Made by a program: the position numbers and the translations under genes | Shown here: positions 49,171-56,401 of the stretch, in pieces | Numbering within the stretch: the stretch's first letter is position 1 | How the letters are laid out: every line of letters begins with the position of its first letter | Notes under the pieces: generated by a model | Told to the model about the DNA's origin: nothing | Database searches by the model: none | The model's input: the letters and a program-made list of their open reading frames with translations, nothing else | From: an uncultured archaeon | GTDB taxonomy: Archaea > Asgardarchaeota > Thorarchaeia > Thorarchaeales > Thorarchaeaceae | Assembly: GCA_964458565.1 (NCBI GenBank) | Contig: CAYWJO010000019.1 | Span: 1-56,401 of the forward strand | DNA: 56,401 nucleotides | Direction of reading: 5' to 3'

Positions 49171-49842
49171 TTGGTGCTTGGAATGAATTTACCCGTGAGA
49201 AAGATTCGAAGCATATTGGTTGGTTTGGCGTATTATAACATCTGCCTACTGCTCATTGCCGCCGATGTGTATTTCAATATTCTAACCCTGTTACTAATCG
49301 CATTGGACCAGCTTTTCTTTGTTGCAGACATTCTGATAAGACCGGTAACACCAAGAGAGAAAGCAGATCTCAGTACAAAACTCATAGGGCTTCTTTTCCT
49401 ATTACACCCATTTTTGTTAGCTCTGCTCTTCTACGAAAACTTGTATCTGACTGCAATTTTCCTCTCGTTTCTCAATGAGTCTATAGTCACATACATAGGA
49501 TTTGCGATTTACATGTTTGGAGTAGTAGTAACTCTAACAAGCAGAGTTCAACTTGGGAGATATGGTAGCGGTATAATATCTATTGAAGACAAGCACGAGT
49601 TATTATCAACAGGAATGTACCGCCATATCCGTAATCCACTCTATTCTGGCGCCTTGGTTGGACGAATTGGAATTGTATTAGTCTTTCGTGGTTACATTCT
49701 TGGATTCTTGATGTTCTTGACCTATTTCTTGATTTTCAGAAAACGAATAGAAATAGAAGAGGAAATGCTGGAATCGGAATTTGGTGAGGAATATCTATCT
49801 TACAAGGAACGTACAAAGCGACTTATTCCATATGTCTGGTGA
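49171..49842 (+). CDS. Isoprenylcysteine carboxyl methyltransferase (ICMT/PEMT) family protein
   Basis: H.L...G.YR.IRNPLY, EE..L...FGEEY..YK.RTKRLIP. Confidence 0.9.
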   Translation: MVLGMNLPVRKIRSILVGLAYYNICLLLIAADVYFNILTLLLIALDQLFFVADILIRPVTPREKADLSTKLIGLLFLLHPFLLALLFYENLYLTAIFLSFLNESIVTYIGFAIYMFGVVVTLTSRVQLGRYGSGIISIEDKHELLSTGMYRHIRNPLYSGALVGRIGIVLVFRGYILGFLMFLTYFLIFRKRIEIEEEMLESEFGEEYLSYKERTKRLIPYVW

Positions 49843-49949
49843 GCGTGTTCACACTTTCGTATCAGTCTATCAGGAGCATACAGTATTTCATAGATTACCA
49901 GGTCCATCTCGTGGTCAATCCTTATTTTGCTTCATAGTATACAACACAT

Positions 49950-50654
49950 GTGGTTAGAATCATGGTGGATGATGTTCGTAGTGAGCCATATTCGGAATCA
50001 GAACAAGCTCTTCGAATCAAAGTGAGAAAGAGGATGTATATTGGAGCTGTAATGTGCATAGCTTTGCCTCTTCTACCTGTTGTTATATTTTTAGTACAAT
50101 ATATGATTCCTTCGAAATTAATGCTCATTTTGTTTATATCATTCGCGATTGTAGGATTTGCTGGATTAACTATCTTAGTATATTATAGTCAAGGAAGTTC
50201 AATGCTATTCCGAAGTATCAAGATACTTCGAAAACTTGCACCCCCTAATCCAGTTATTGAGGGAAAATATGCTGTTGTAAACAAAGATCCTGTCTATGTA
50301 CTAGGCCAGTGGGGTTCAAATGTCATCTTTTTCGTGGCATTTCATCAACATGAGCGGTCATTTGAGCAAAAGATAAAAATTCCCCAAGTAATTTGGAAGT
50401 GGGAATATAGCCTTCGTATTGGAGCTTACAAAGTGGCAAGACATGAGGATGAATTCACTATTCCCGTTGGAGATGGCACATATCGTACCGGAAGAGGGAT
50501 TCTTTACTCACTCTTATTGTTTAGGCAATCTGTAGTTGCAATTCCTCGCGACTTCACAGCAGAAGAGTTGAATCGAATAATCGAACATCTCATTAAAGAC
50601 GTAGGTAATAATGGTTCTAGTGTAACTGATTTTGATAACGACAAATTCCTATAG
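49950..50654 (+). CDS. Hypothetical membrane protein (2 TM)
   Basis: 234-aa ORF with two N-terminal hydrophobic helices. Confidence 0.65.
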   Translation: MVRIMVDDVRSEPYSESEQALRIKVRKRMYIGAVMCIALPLLPVVIFLVQYMIPSKLMLILFISFAIVGFAGLTILVYYSQGSSMLFRSIKILRKLAPPNPVIEGKYAVVNKDPVYVLGQWGSNVIFFVAFHQHERSFEQKIKIPQVIWKWEYSLRIGAYKVARHEDEFTIPVGDGTYRTGRGILYSLLLFRQSVVAIPRDFTAEELNRIIEHLIKDVGNNGSSVTDFDNDKFL

Positions 50655-50680
50655 GCCAGTAAAGTCCGAAGGCGGTATTT

Positions 50681-50899
50681 TCAATCCATGTCATCTTTAT
50701 CTTGGTCACTCTGAGATTCACTTGTGCTATCTGTTTCTGTTTTCGAACTGTCAGACAATCCCAACAGTTTAAGCCAAGCCTTCTTTCCAGTGTCATCCAA
50801 GTCCTCTGATATGGTCTGCATGATTGCTACAACTTTATGGGCTATTTCCGATTCTGGATCCTTGTCCGACAAGACTGTTCCCACTCTAATAATGAGCAA
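50681..50899 (-). CDS. Small acidic hypothetical protein
   Basis: Fills the gap downstream of a co-oriented gene; protein-like composition; start uncertain. Confidence 0.45.
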   Translation of the reverse strand: MLIIRVGTVLSDKDPESEIAHKVVAIMQTISEDLDDTGKKAWLKLLGLSDSSKTETDSTSESQSDQDKDDMD

Positions 50900-50953
50900 A
50901 TAGGAGATAAATCATCATAGCATGCCCTATATTTTGATACAAACTCAATCGAC

Positions 50954-51583
50954 CTATAGCCGAGAATATCTGAAAGTGCACCGTGGTTTCCCATCTGCAA
51001 TAGTTTCATCACGTTGAAAACTAACCCAAGTTTGAGCTGCTTCATGCATAAGATAATCGAAGTCACAGAGAATAGGTCCAAGTTCAGGATAGCCATTTTC
51101 CTGGAGTATTTCAAAATAGTAACAACGATTGATATCGAATCCAAACTGCGATTCAGTATCCAATACGGTCTCAAGTTCGAAGTACTTGTTCTCATACATC
51201 GATTTGTTCCCTTGTTTTGTTGATGATACAAAAGCAGACCACTGGTCCTCTGATTCCTTCAATGATTTTCTTTGGTTTTCAATCATAGCACTCATCATTA
51301 CTCGATAGATTGCTAAAACATGCTTTTTTAGCTTAGAGATTGGCACGTTTCCTTTTGTCAGGACATCATGAAGTGCGATAACAAAGATTGGATTGATTCC
51401 AAATCTCATTGTGATTGGAGTAGGCATTCGTTGAAAGTTAGCAGACCAAATCACTCTGAATCTTTCATTGAAGTTGTTAGACATGCTCTCTCCAATATCT
51501 GGACCAAATTTAGCTAATAGATGGTTCTTTGTGAGCAGAAAAAAGTACTGAATCAGTTTCTCAATGTCATTGGGAATTTTCAT
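50954..51583 (-). CDS. L-2-amino-thiazoline-4-carboxylate hydrolase-like protein
   Basis: FDINRCYY...G.PELGPILCDFD...F.R..TIADG...C.F. Confidence 0.85.
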   Translation of the reverse strand: MKIPNDIEKLIQYFFLLTKNHLLAKFGPDIGESMSNNFNERFRVIWSANFQRMPTPITMRFGINPIFVIALHDVLTKGNVPISKLKKHVLAIYRVMMSAMIENQRKSLKESEDQWSAFVSSTKQGNKSMYENKYFELETVLDTESQFGFDINRCYYFEILQENGYPELGPILCDFDYLMHEAAQTWVSFQRDETIADGKPRCTFRYSRL

Positions 51584-51784
51584 AAATGCTCACTAGGATT
51601 AGACAAAGGTTTGTTATAACCATTCATGTCGAGAGAATAAAGTCACCAGTATCAAGTAGCAATTCGTCGAATTTCCTCATTTCTGACCCACTGTTTAAGA
51701 TATCTTTGATATTTAATGATAAAGACTGATGTGTCCGATTCATTTTTGACATTACTAATAAACTCAATATTGAGGATATGTATA

Positions 51785-52384
51785 GTGAAGGATAAGCTGC
51801 TAGTAGAATTTCCAGATTCAATCGAAACAAAGAAACTCATAATTAGGAAATACGAGAAAGGAGATGGAGCCGATGTTCTCGCATTGTTTGATCGTAATAA
51901 CAACAGAACATTACTTCAAGAGCGTGTGGATGAAGCAGCAGGAATTATAACCCAAGATGATGCTGAAATTGATTGCAGAAAACACACAGCTGAATGGGAA
52001 GCACGCGAACGTTTTGTTATGGGTATCTGGTCAAAGAGCTCAGGAAGATACATAGGCCAGATTTGGATTGAACCAAAGAAGTGGGAAGTCCCCTCATTTG
52101 AATTGGGCTATTTTCTTGACATTGAATGTCACGGAAAAGGCTTAGCAACTGAAGCATCTGAAGGTGCACTTCGTTTTCTCTTCAATGAGTTGGAAGCATA
52201 TAGAGTTGAGATTATCACAAGGGATACTAACGAGAAGAGTTGGAAACTTGCAGAGCGACTTGGGTTCGAGAAAGAAGGACATATTCGGGAATGTGGCATT
52301 CAAAATGGAGAGAGATGGGGATTGTATCATTACGGCATGTTAAAGAGAGAATATCTCTTCAGAAACGAAGGTCACAGAACATGA
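51785..52384 (+). CDS. GNAT (RimJ/RimL-type) N-acetyltransferase
   Basis: IETKKLIIR, ELGYFL...HGKGLATEA, N.KS.KLAERLGF.KEG; GTG start chosen. Confidence 0.9.
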   Translation: MKDKLLVEFPDSIETKKLIIRKYEKGDGADVLALFDRNNNRTLLQERVDEAAGIITQDDAEIDCRKHTAEWEARERFVMGIWSKSSGRYIGQIWIEPKKWEVPSFELGYFLDIECHGKGLATEASEGALRFLFNELEAYRVEIITRDTNEKSWKLAERLGFEKEGHIRECGIQNGERWGLYHYGMLKREYLFRNEGHRT

Positions 52385-53004
52385 GCGGAAAAATTCGTGG
52401 TGATTTGGAGAGATTGCTCCAAGAAAACGGAAAAGATTCAAATTCTGCAGAAGATTGGTTTGATTTTGGTGTTAATCTCCTTGATGAGAATAAGATATCC
52501 AAGGCAGAAATAGCTTACAGAGCGGCTCTCGAGATAAAGCCACAGTTTCCTGAAGCACTACGAGATTTGGGAGCCACATTATATCTTATGAACCGGTATG
52601 AAGAGGCTGAAGAGATATTCAGAGGTGCTTTGGAAATCAGAGATGATGACCCGGATATCTGGTATAATCTTGGATGCGTCTTGAATCTCATGGATCGTTT
52701 TGAGGATGCAATAACTGCATTCCAGACAGCGCATGAGTATAATCCAGAAGACATGGACATTCTTACAAACCTTGGAGTGGTTCTAGTAGAAATTGACCGA
52801 GTTGATGAGGCTGAAAAACTATTTAGAGAAGCCATCGAAAAGAATCCGGAACAGGTAGTTGTCTGGTTGAATCTGATTCAGTTGCTTTATCGCCAAGAGC
52901 GAAATGATGAGGCGGAATCTGCTTATGCTGAAGCTATGGAAAAAGCACCAGGATTTGAAGAGTTTGTGGACTACATAGACGATTTTATTGAAACTGAAGA
53001 TTGA
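52381..53004 (+). CDS. Tetratricopeptide repeat protein
   Basis: About five 34-aa TPR units (W..LG..L...R.EEA...F..A.E..P); ATG 52381 overlaps the GNAT stop. Confidence 0.9.
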   Translation: MSGKIRGDLERLLQENGKDSNSAEDWFDFGVNLLDENKISKAEIAYRAALEIKPQFPEALRDLGATLYLMNRYEEAEEIFRGALEIRDDDPDIWYNLGCVLNLMDRFEDAITAFQTAHEYNPEDMDILTNLGVVLVEIDRVDEAEKLFREAIEKNPEQVVVWLNLIQLLYRQERNDEAESAYAEAMEKAPGFEEFVDYIDDFIETED

Positions 53005-53022
53005 CCGTGAGGTGGTCATCCA

Positions 53023-53610
53023 TTGTCAGGCCATCTAACGACATTTGAAACTCCACTCCAAAGAATAGTACTCAAAGAGATATTAGAAGAAGGATTGATT
53101 GTGGATATTGGTGGAGGAGGAGAGGGGTTTGTTTCAAGAGTTGCTGGAGAGAGAGTCTGTGCAGTAGATAATAGAATTCACGAGATTATTGAAGCAAGGA
53201 TACATGACCCACCAGCATCGTGGATCGTGTCTGACGGGCGTGCTCTATGTTTTCAGGACGGAGTATTTGCAGTTGCAACGTTGTGGTTCTCATTTGGCTT
53301 TATGCCAGAGTGGAATACTAAACGAGATGTCGTGACGGAAATAAATCGGGTTTTACATCAAAATGGTCTACTCGATATCCACTTCATGCATATCGGGGAT
53401 GAGTCAGATATCTTTGTGTTCCGTGGTTCATTTACCCTTCCGGATGGTATTGATTCCTTAATGGGATACAGAGTGAACGGAGGACAAAATCAATACCCAG
53501 AGACTATCATCCGACTTCTTGAAGAATCAGGCTTTCAAATCATAGATTATGACTCTCATGAGTATTGGTCAAGGCTCGTTGCAAGAAAGATGGACTCTCC
53601 AAAACCTTAA
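53023..53610 (+). CDS. Class I SAM-dependent methyltransferase
   Basis: IVDIGGGGEG, DGRAL.F.D..F, EI.RVL...G. Confidence 0.82.
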   Translation: MSGHLTTFETPLQRIVLKEILEEGLIVDIGGGGEGFVSRVAGERVCAVDNRIHEIIEARIHDPPASWIVSDGRALCFQDGVFAVATLWFSFGFMPEWNTKRDVVTEINRVLHQNGLLDIHFMHIGDESDIFVFRGSFTLPDGIDSLMGYRVNGGQNQYPETIIRLLEESGFQIIDYDSHEYWSRLVARKMDSPKP

Positions 53611-53649
53611 AGTGTAGACTAAATTTCAAATCGACCAATCAAAGACCTG

Positions 53650-54177
53650 GTGAAAGACATGAGTCAACCAATTTGGTGGAAACGTAGCTATCGACCTGGA
53701 TTAATCCTGATATTTCTTGGAATCGCAGGTCTCGTTCAGATTCCGTTACTTTGGCACGCAGCAGAGTATGTCAATGTGTTAAGCGCAGAGCTTCAGATGA
53801 TTGTCTCTATTGGAGCAATGGTAGTCTTAGCTGGGTCATTCATTCTCATGGCTGAAGCAATGTATCGCTGGTCGAACATCGTTTCTAAGAAGAAAGTAAG
53901 AAGACGTCAGAGAGAGAAAACTAGTTGGATTGGTCGGCTCTCTAATATTGCGAGAATAACAGAGGATATGCCTGCATTCGTCGGAGCAGGGCTACTCACT
54001 TGCATCTTCCTAATGTTCTATTTCGTCCCATTTGGATTCGGAGATAACAGTAATCTTCCATCATGGCTAGCCTCATTATCATTTCTGGATGCATTGTTCA
54101 TCTATCCACTCGCCGTGAATATTGCTGCGATACTTACTGCAGTCATTGCGAGTTTTATGAACTACAAGATTAAGTAG
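53650..54177 (+). CDS. Hypothetical 4-TM membrane protein
   Basis: Four hydrophobic segments with a basic loop. Confidence 0.65.
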   Translation: MKDMSQPIWWKRSYRPGLILIFLGIAGLVQIPLLWHAAEYVNVLSAELQMIVSIGAMVVLAGSFILMAEAMYRWSNIVSKKKVRRRQREKTSWIGRLSNIARITEDMPAFVGAGLLTCIFLMFYFVPFGFGDNSNLPSWLASLSFLDALFIYPLAVNIAAILTAVIASFMNYKIK

Positions 54178-54257
54178 AGTCCCAACTTTACTCGAAATTG
54201 CATGAGACCTCAAAGATTAAGATTATTTGAAACTTAACTTTCGTGAGGGATTTAGAG

Positions 54258-54722
54258 ATGAATATTGGCGACAACGCACCTGATTTCACATTACTTGAAG
54301 CACCAGGTAAATCAATCACATTGTCTGAAGAATTGATGAAAGGACCTGTAGTATTGGTCTTCTATCCTGCAGATTTCACGTCTGTATGTCAAGAGGAACT
54401 CTGTATGTTTAGAGATATCCTAACCGAATTCAATGATCTTGGAGCCAATGTTTTCGGAATTTCTGTAGACGGCATCTTTAGCCATGCGGCTTTCAAAGAA
54501 GCAAATGATATACAATTTCCACTTCTCTCAGATTGGGAAAAGACCGTCATTGAAGCATATGATGTAGTTCATCCAGACATTGCAGGAATGAAACATGTTG
54601 CCAAGAGAGCAGTATTTGTCATAGATGTCGACAGAACAGTAGTATATGTATGGGTGGGCGAGAGTTTGGGAAAGTTACCTCCATTTGACGAGGTAAAAGA
54701 AGCGGTTCGAAAATTAGCATAG
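54258..54722 (+). CDS. Peroxiredoxin (AhpC/TSA; BCP/AhpE-like)
   Basis: GDNAPDFTL, FYPADFTSVCQEELC, FPLLSD, RAVFVID. Confidence 0.92.
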   Translation: MNIGDNAPDFTLLEAPGKSITLSEELMKGPVVLVFYPADFTSVCQEELCMFRDILTEFNDLGANVFGISVDGIFSHAAFKEANDIQFPLLSDWEKTVIEAYDVVHPDIAGMKHVAKRAVFVIDVDRTVVYVWVGESLGKLPPFDEVKEAVRKLA

Positions 54723-54766
54723 TAACGTTGTATATAACAAAGTAGAGCCGATATCATCGTTAGTAG

Positions 54767-55699
54767 TTAATTTCCTGATAAGATTCTCATGCCACAGTTC
54801 CTGCAGAATTGATCTCCTACTTCATTCTCAGCTCTGCATTGTTTACATCGGATCTTTTTTGTTGACCGGGATTCATCTGGTGGCGTAATTTCGTGGCGTA
54901 CCTCTGTAATGTAATAGTCTCCATCCATCTTGGAGCCAACACCCTTGATTCTAATGTGTGCGTGGGGTTTCAATACATCCGAGTAAAGTGTGCCCACAGA
55001 CGTATAATGAACTACTTTGATAGTTTGATCCTCAGACACCTCAACTATTGCTATTGGTACAAGAAATCTATGTGATTCATCCTTAAGGTGAGCCTCCAGT
55101 AACTCAGCAACTTCAACTTGAGTTTCTTCATTCTCAGTTAATGCGGACCACCTAAACCCTATTCGAACTCTTGAAGTTGTGTCGGGCTCACTTATAGCAG
55201 GTTCAAGCAATTCTGAGTCCTCAGTAGCTGAAACCTCCTGTGTCCAAGCCTCAAGAAAGACGATATAACGTGAAGGGTCATTTACAACTTCAGCATCTTG
55301 GTCTAATGATGTAGCGGAGATTATTTCTTCAGTGTCGTCTATGGCAATGACCAAATCACCAATCAACACTGCGCCAGATGTTACTTTGAATGTGAATCCT
55401 CTAGAGTCCATAGTTATAGTATCATCAACTATTCTGATAGAGGGTGTTTCTTTCTGAGCTGAGAGGGCTTTACCTACTTTTTCTTGCCCATCGGTTCTAA
55501 TTTCGACTTCTTCAGACAAGTCACCGTCAGTCATGACTCTCCCTTGCTGGTGTAAAACGCCACTGTACGATTCCTCACTTCGAGCGTATAAGCGGTCTCG
55601 TGACCCAACAACGATGAGTCTACCGCATTTTGGACATGACTTGGTATCTGTTTCAATTTCTACTCCACATCCAGGACATCTCACTAATTTAACCTCCAA
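54767..55699 (-). CDS. Zinc-ribbon protein enclosing DUF6519-like and phage late-control-D-like segments
   Basis: CPGC/CPKC at the N-terminus, CKQC/CRNC at the C-terminus; internal YSGVLHQQGRV..D.D..E, Y.VFLEAW..EV...ED..L.E.A...PDTT.R and I.I.GVG....G.YYIT.VRH.I. Confidence 0.7.
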   Translation of the reverse strand: MEVKLVRCPGCGVEIETDTKSCPKCGRLIVVGSRDRLYARSEESYSGVLHQQGRVMTDGDLSEEVEIRTDGQEKVGKALSAQKETPSIRIVDDTITMDSRGFTFKVTSGAVLIGDLVIAIDDTEEIISATSLDQDAEVVNDPSRYIVFLEAWTQEVSATEDSELLEPAISEPDTTSRVRIGFRWSALTENEETQVEVAELLEAHLKDESHRFLVPIAIVEVSEDQTIKVVHYTSVGTLYSDVLKPHAHIRIKGVGSKMDGDYYITEVRHEITPPDESRSTKKIRCKQCRAENEVGDQFCRNCGMRILSGN

Positions 55700-55786
55700 C
55701 TCTATTGTCTAGAATCTATTTAATACTCCTCACTCATGTTGTCGCTACGTTTATAAAACTTGGACTTTGAACAACTCATTGCACAT

Positions 55787-55882
55787 GCCGAGGTAGATCA
55801 GCCAGGGAGATCGCGCGGCTGAAGTTCCATAATGGATGCAGAAACCGCGTTGTCGGGTGTTCAAATCACCCCCTCGGCACCA
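55787..55882 (+). tRNA. tRNA-Phe(GAA) with a 19-nt 37/38 intron (55825-55843); CCA encoded
   Basis: GCCGAGG/CCTCGGC; CGCGG-CTGAAG^A-CCGCG; GGGTG-TTCAAAT-CACCC; upstream TTTATAAA box. Confidence 0.95.
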
Positions 55883-55892
55883 TTTCCAATTC

Positions 55893-56237
55893 TTAACTAA
55901 TCCAACCCATTATACGAAACAGACTCAATGTTGCTTGGCTGAACGAATTTCTAAGCTCTTCAGCACCCATTGATGCAATAAACGAGGTGTAATAATTTCC
56001 GAGAGGTATGTCATAAATCAATGAGAGCATAACTCCCATCTCGACATCTTTTCGATCTATATTATCCGATATAATACCAAACGTCTGTTTAATGTAGTCT
56101 GCTAACAATCCAATCTCTTCAGCCAAATTATTAGTTCCCGATTTCAAACATATTCCTGTGAATCGCTGAAGTAACTCGTCACATAGTTTTGCAGTTTTCG
56201 AGATTACATCCTTTCGTGATCTCGTACTTTCATCCAT
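55893..56237 (-). CDS. Hypothetical protein convergent on tRNA-Phe
   Basis: Open frame; the ATG at 56276 lies inside the CRISPR-like repeat, so ATG 56237 is preferred. Confidence 0.5.
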   Translation of the reverse strand: MDESTRSRKDVISKTAKLCDELLQRFTGICLKSGTNNLAEEIGLLADYIKQTFGIISDNIDRKDVEMGVMLSLIYDIPLGNYYTSFIASMGAEELRNSFSQATLSLFRIMGWIS

Positions 56238-56262
56238 ATCATGATTCAAGGCAGAAGTTGGA

Positions 56263-56374
56263 CTTTCAATCTCCATAATGTGGAATTAGCTTCTGTAAGA
56301 GTAGTATTCAGAGTGTGCCAAGTCTGTTGGCAGGATACTTTCAATCTCCATAATGTGGAATTAGCTTCTGTAAG
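56263..56374 (-). CRISPR. CRISPR array or mini-array: two identical 37-bp repeats and one 38-bp spacer; may continue past the window edge
   Basis: Repeat CTTACAGAAGCTAATTCCACATTATGGAGATTGAAAG at 56374-56338 and 56299-56263; ends in ATTGAAAG; internal TCCA/TGGA hairpin. Confidence 0.8.
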
Positions 56375-56401
56375 TTGGAAAGTAGGTTTTTATCATAGAA
56401 T

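Noticed and set aside
56226-56261. Possible third degenerate CRISPR repeat (ACTTTCATCCATA...)
   Set aside because: It resembles only the repeat 3' end, is out of the 75-bp period and leaves no spacer.
56300-56337. CRISPR spacer shares CTTGGCAC with the tRNA-Ala anticodon/intron junction
   Set aside because: Only 8 nt, expected by chance; I saw no longer self-match in the window.
44300-56401. Provirus or transposon in the accessory region
   Set aside because: No integrase, transposase, capsid, terminase or replication gene is recognisable.

Overview
Archaeal chromosomal segment, most likely Asgard (Thorarchaeota-like). This is inferred from the gene set (rpl38e, Alba, SepF, aCPSF1, Pus10-rpl21e-rpo4-DUF655-ksgA synteny, IDLSPL-type LRR protein, intron-containing tRNAs with encoded CCA), not from a search. 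1-44.3 kb is mostly housekeeping (RNA modification and processing, r-proteins, proteasome, sucCD). It also holds a MoxR/DUF58/DUF4350/DUF4129 operon led by a 2372-aa surface protein with a catalytically dead transglutaminase fold, and two odd Hel308/Ski2-like helicases. 44.5-56.4 kb is accessory. The most striking structure is an integrase-free array of single-gene cassettes behind tRNA-Ala(GGC). Successive cassettes are separated by tRNA 3'-end fragments, and two of these fragments look like reciprocal products of a crossover in the T-loop. Also seen: a T-loop-intron tRNA-Val, an M23 peptidase, a zinc-ribbon protein built from contractile-tail-like pieces, a truncated DHH gene, and a two-repeat CRISPR array at the right edge beside tRNA-Phe. 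All family calls are by motif recognition only.
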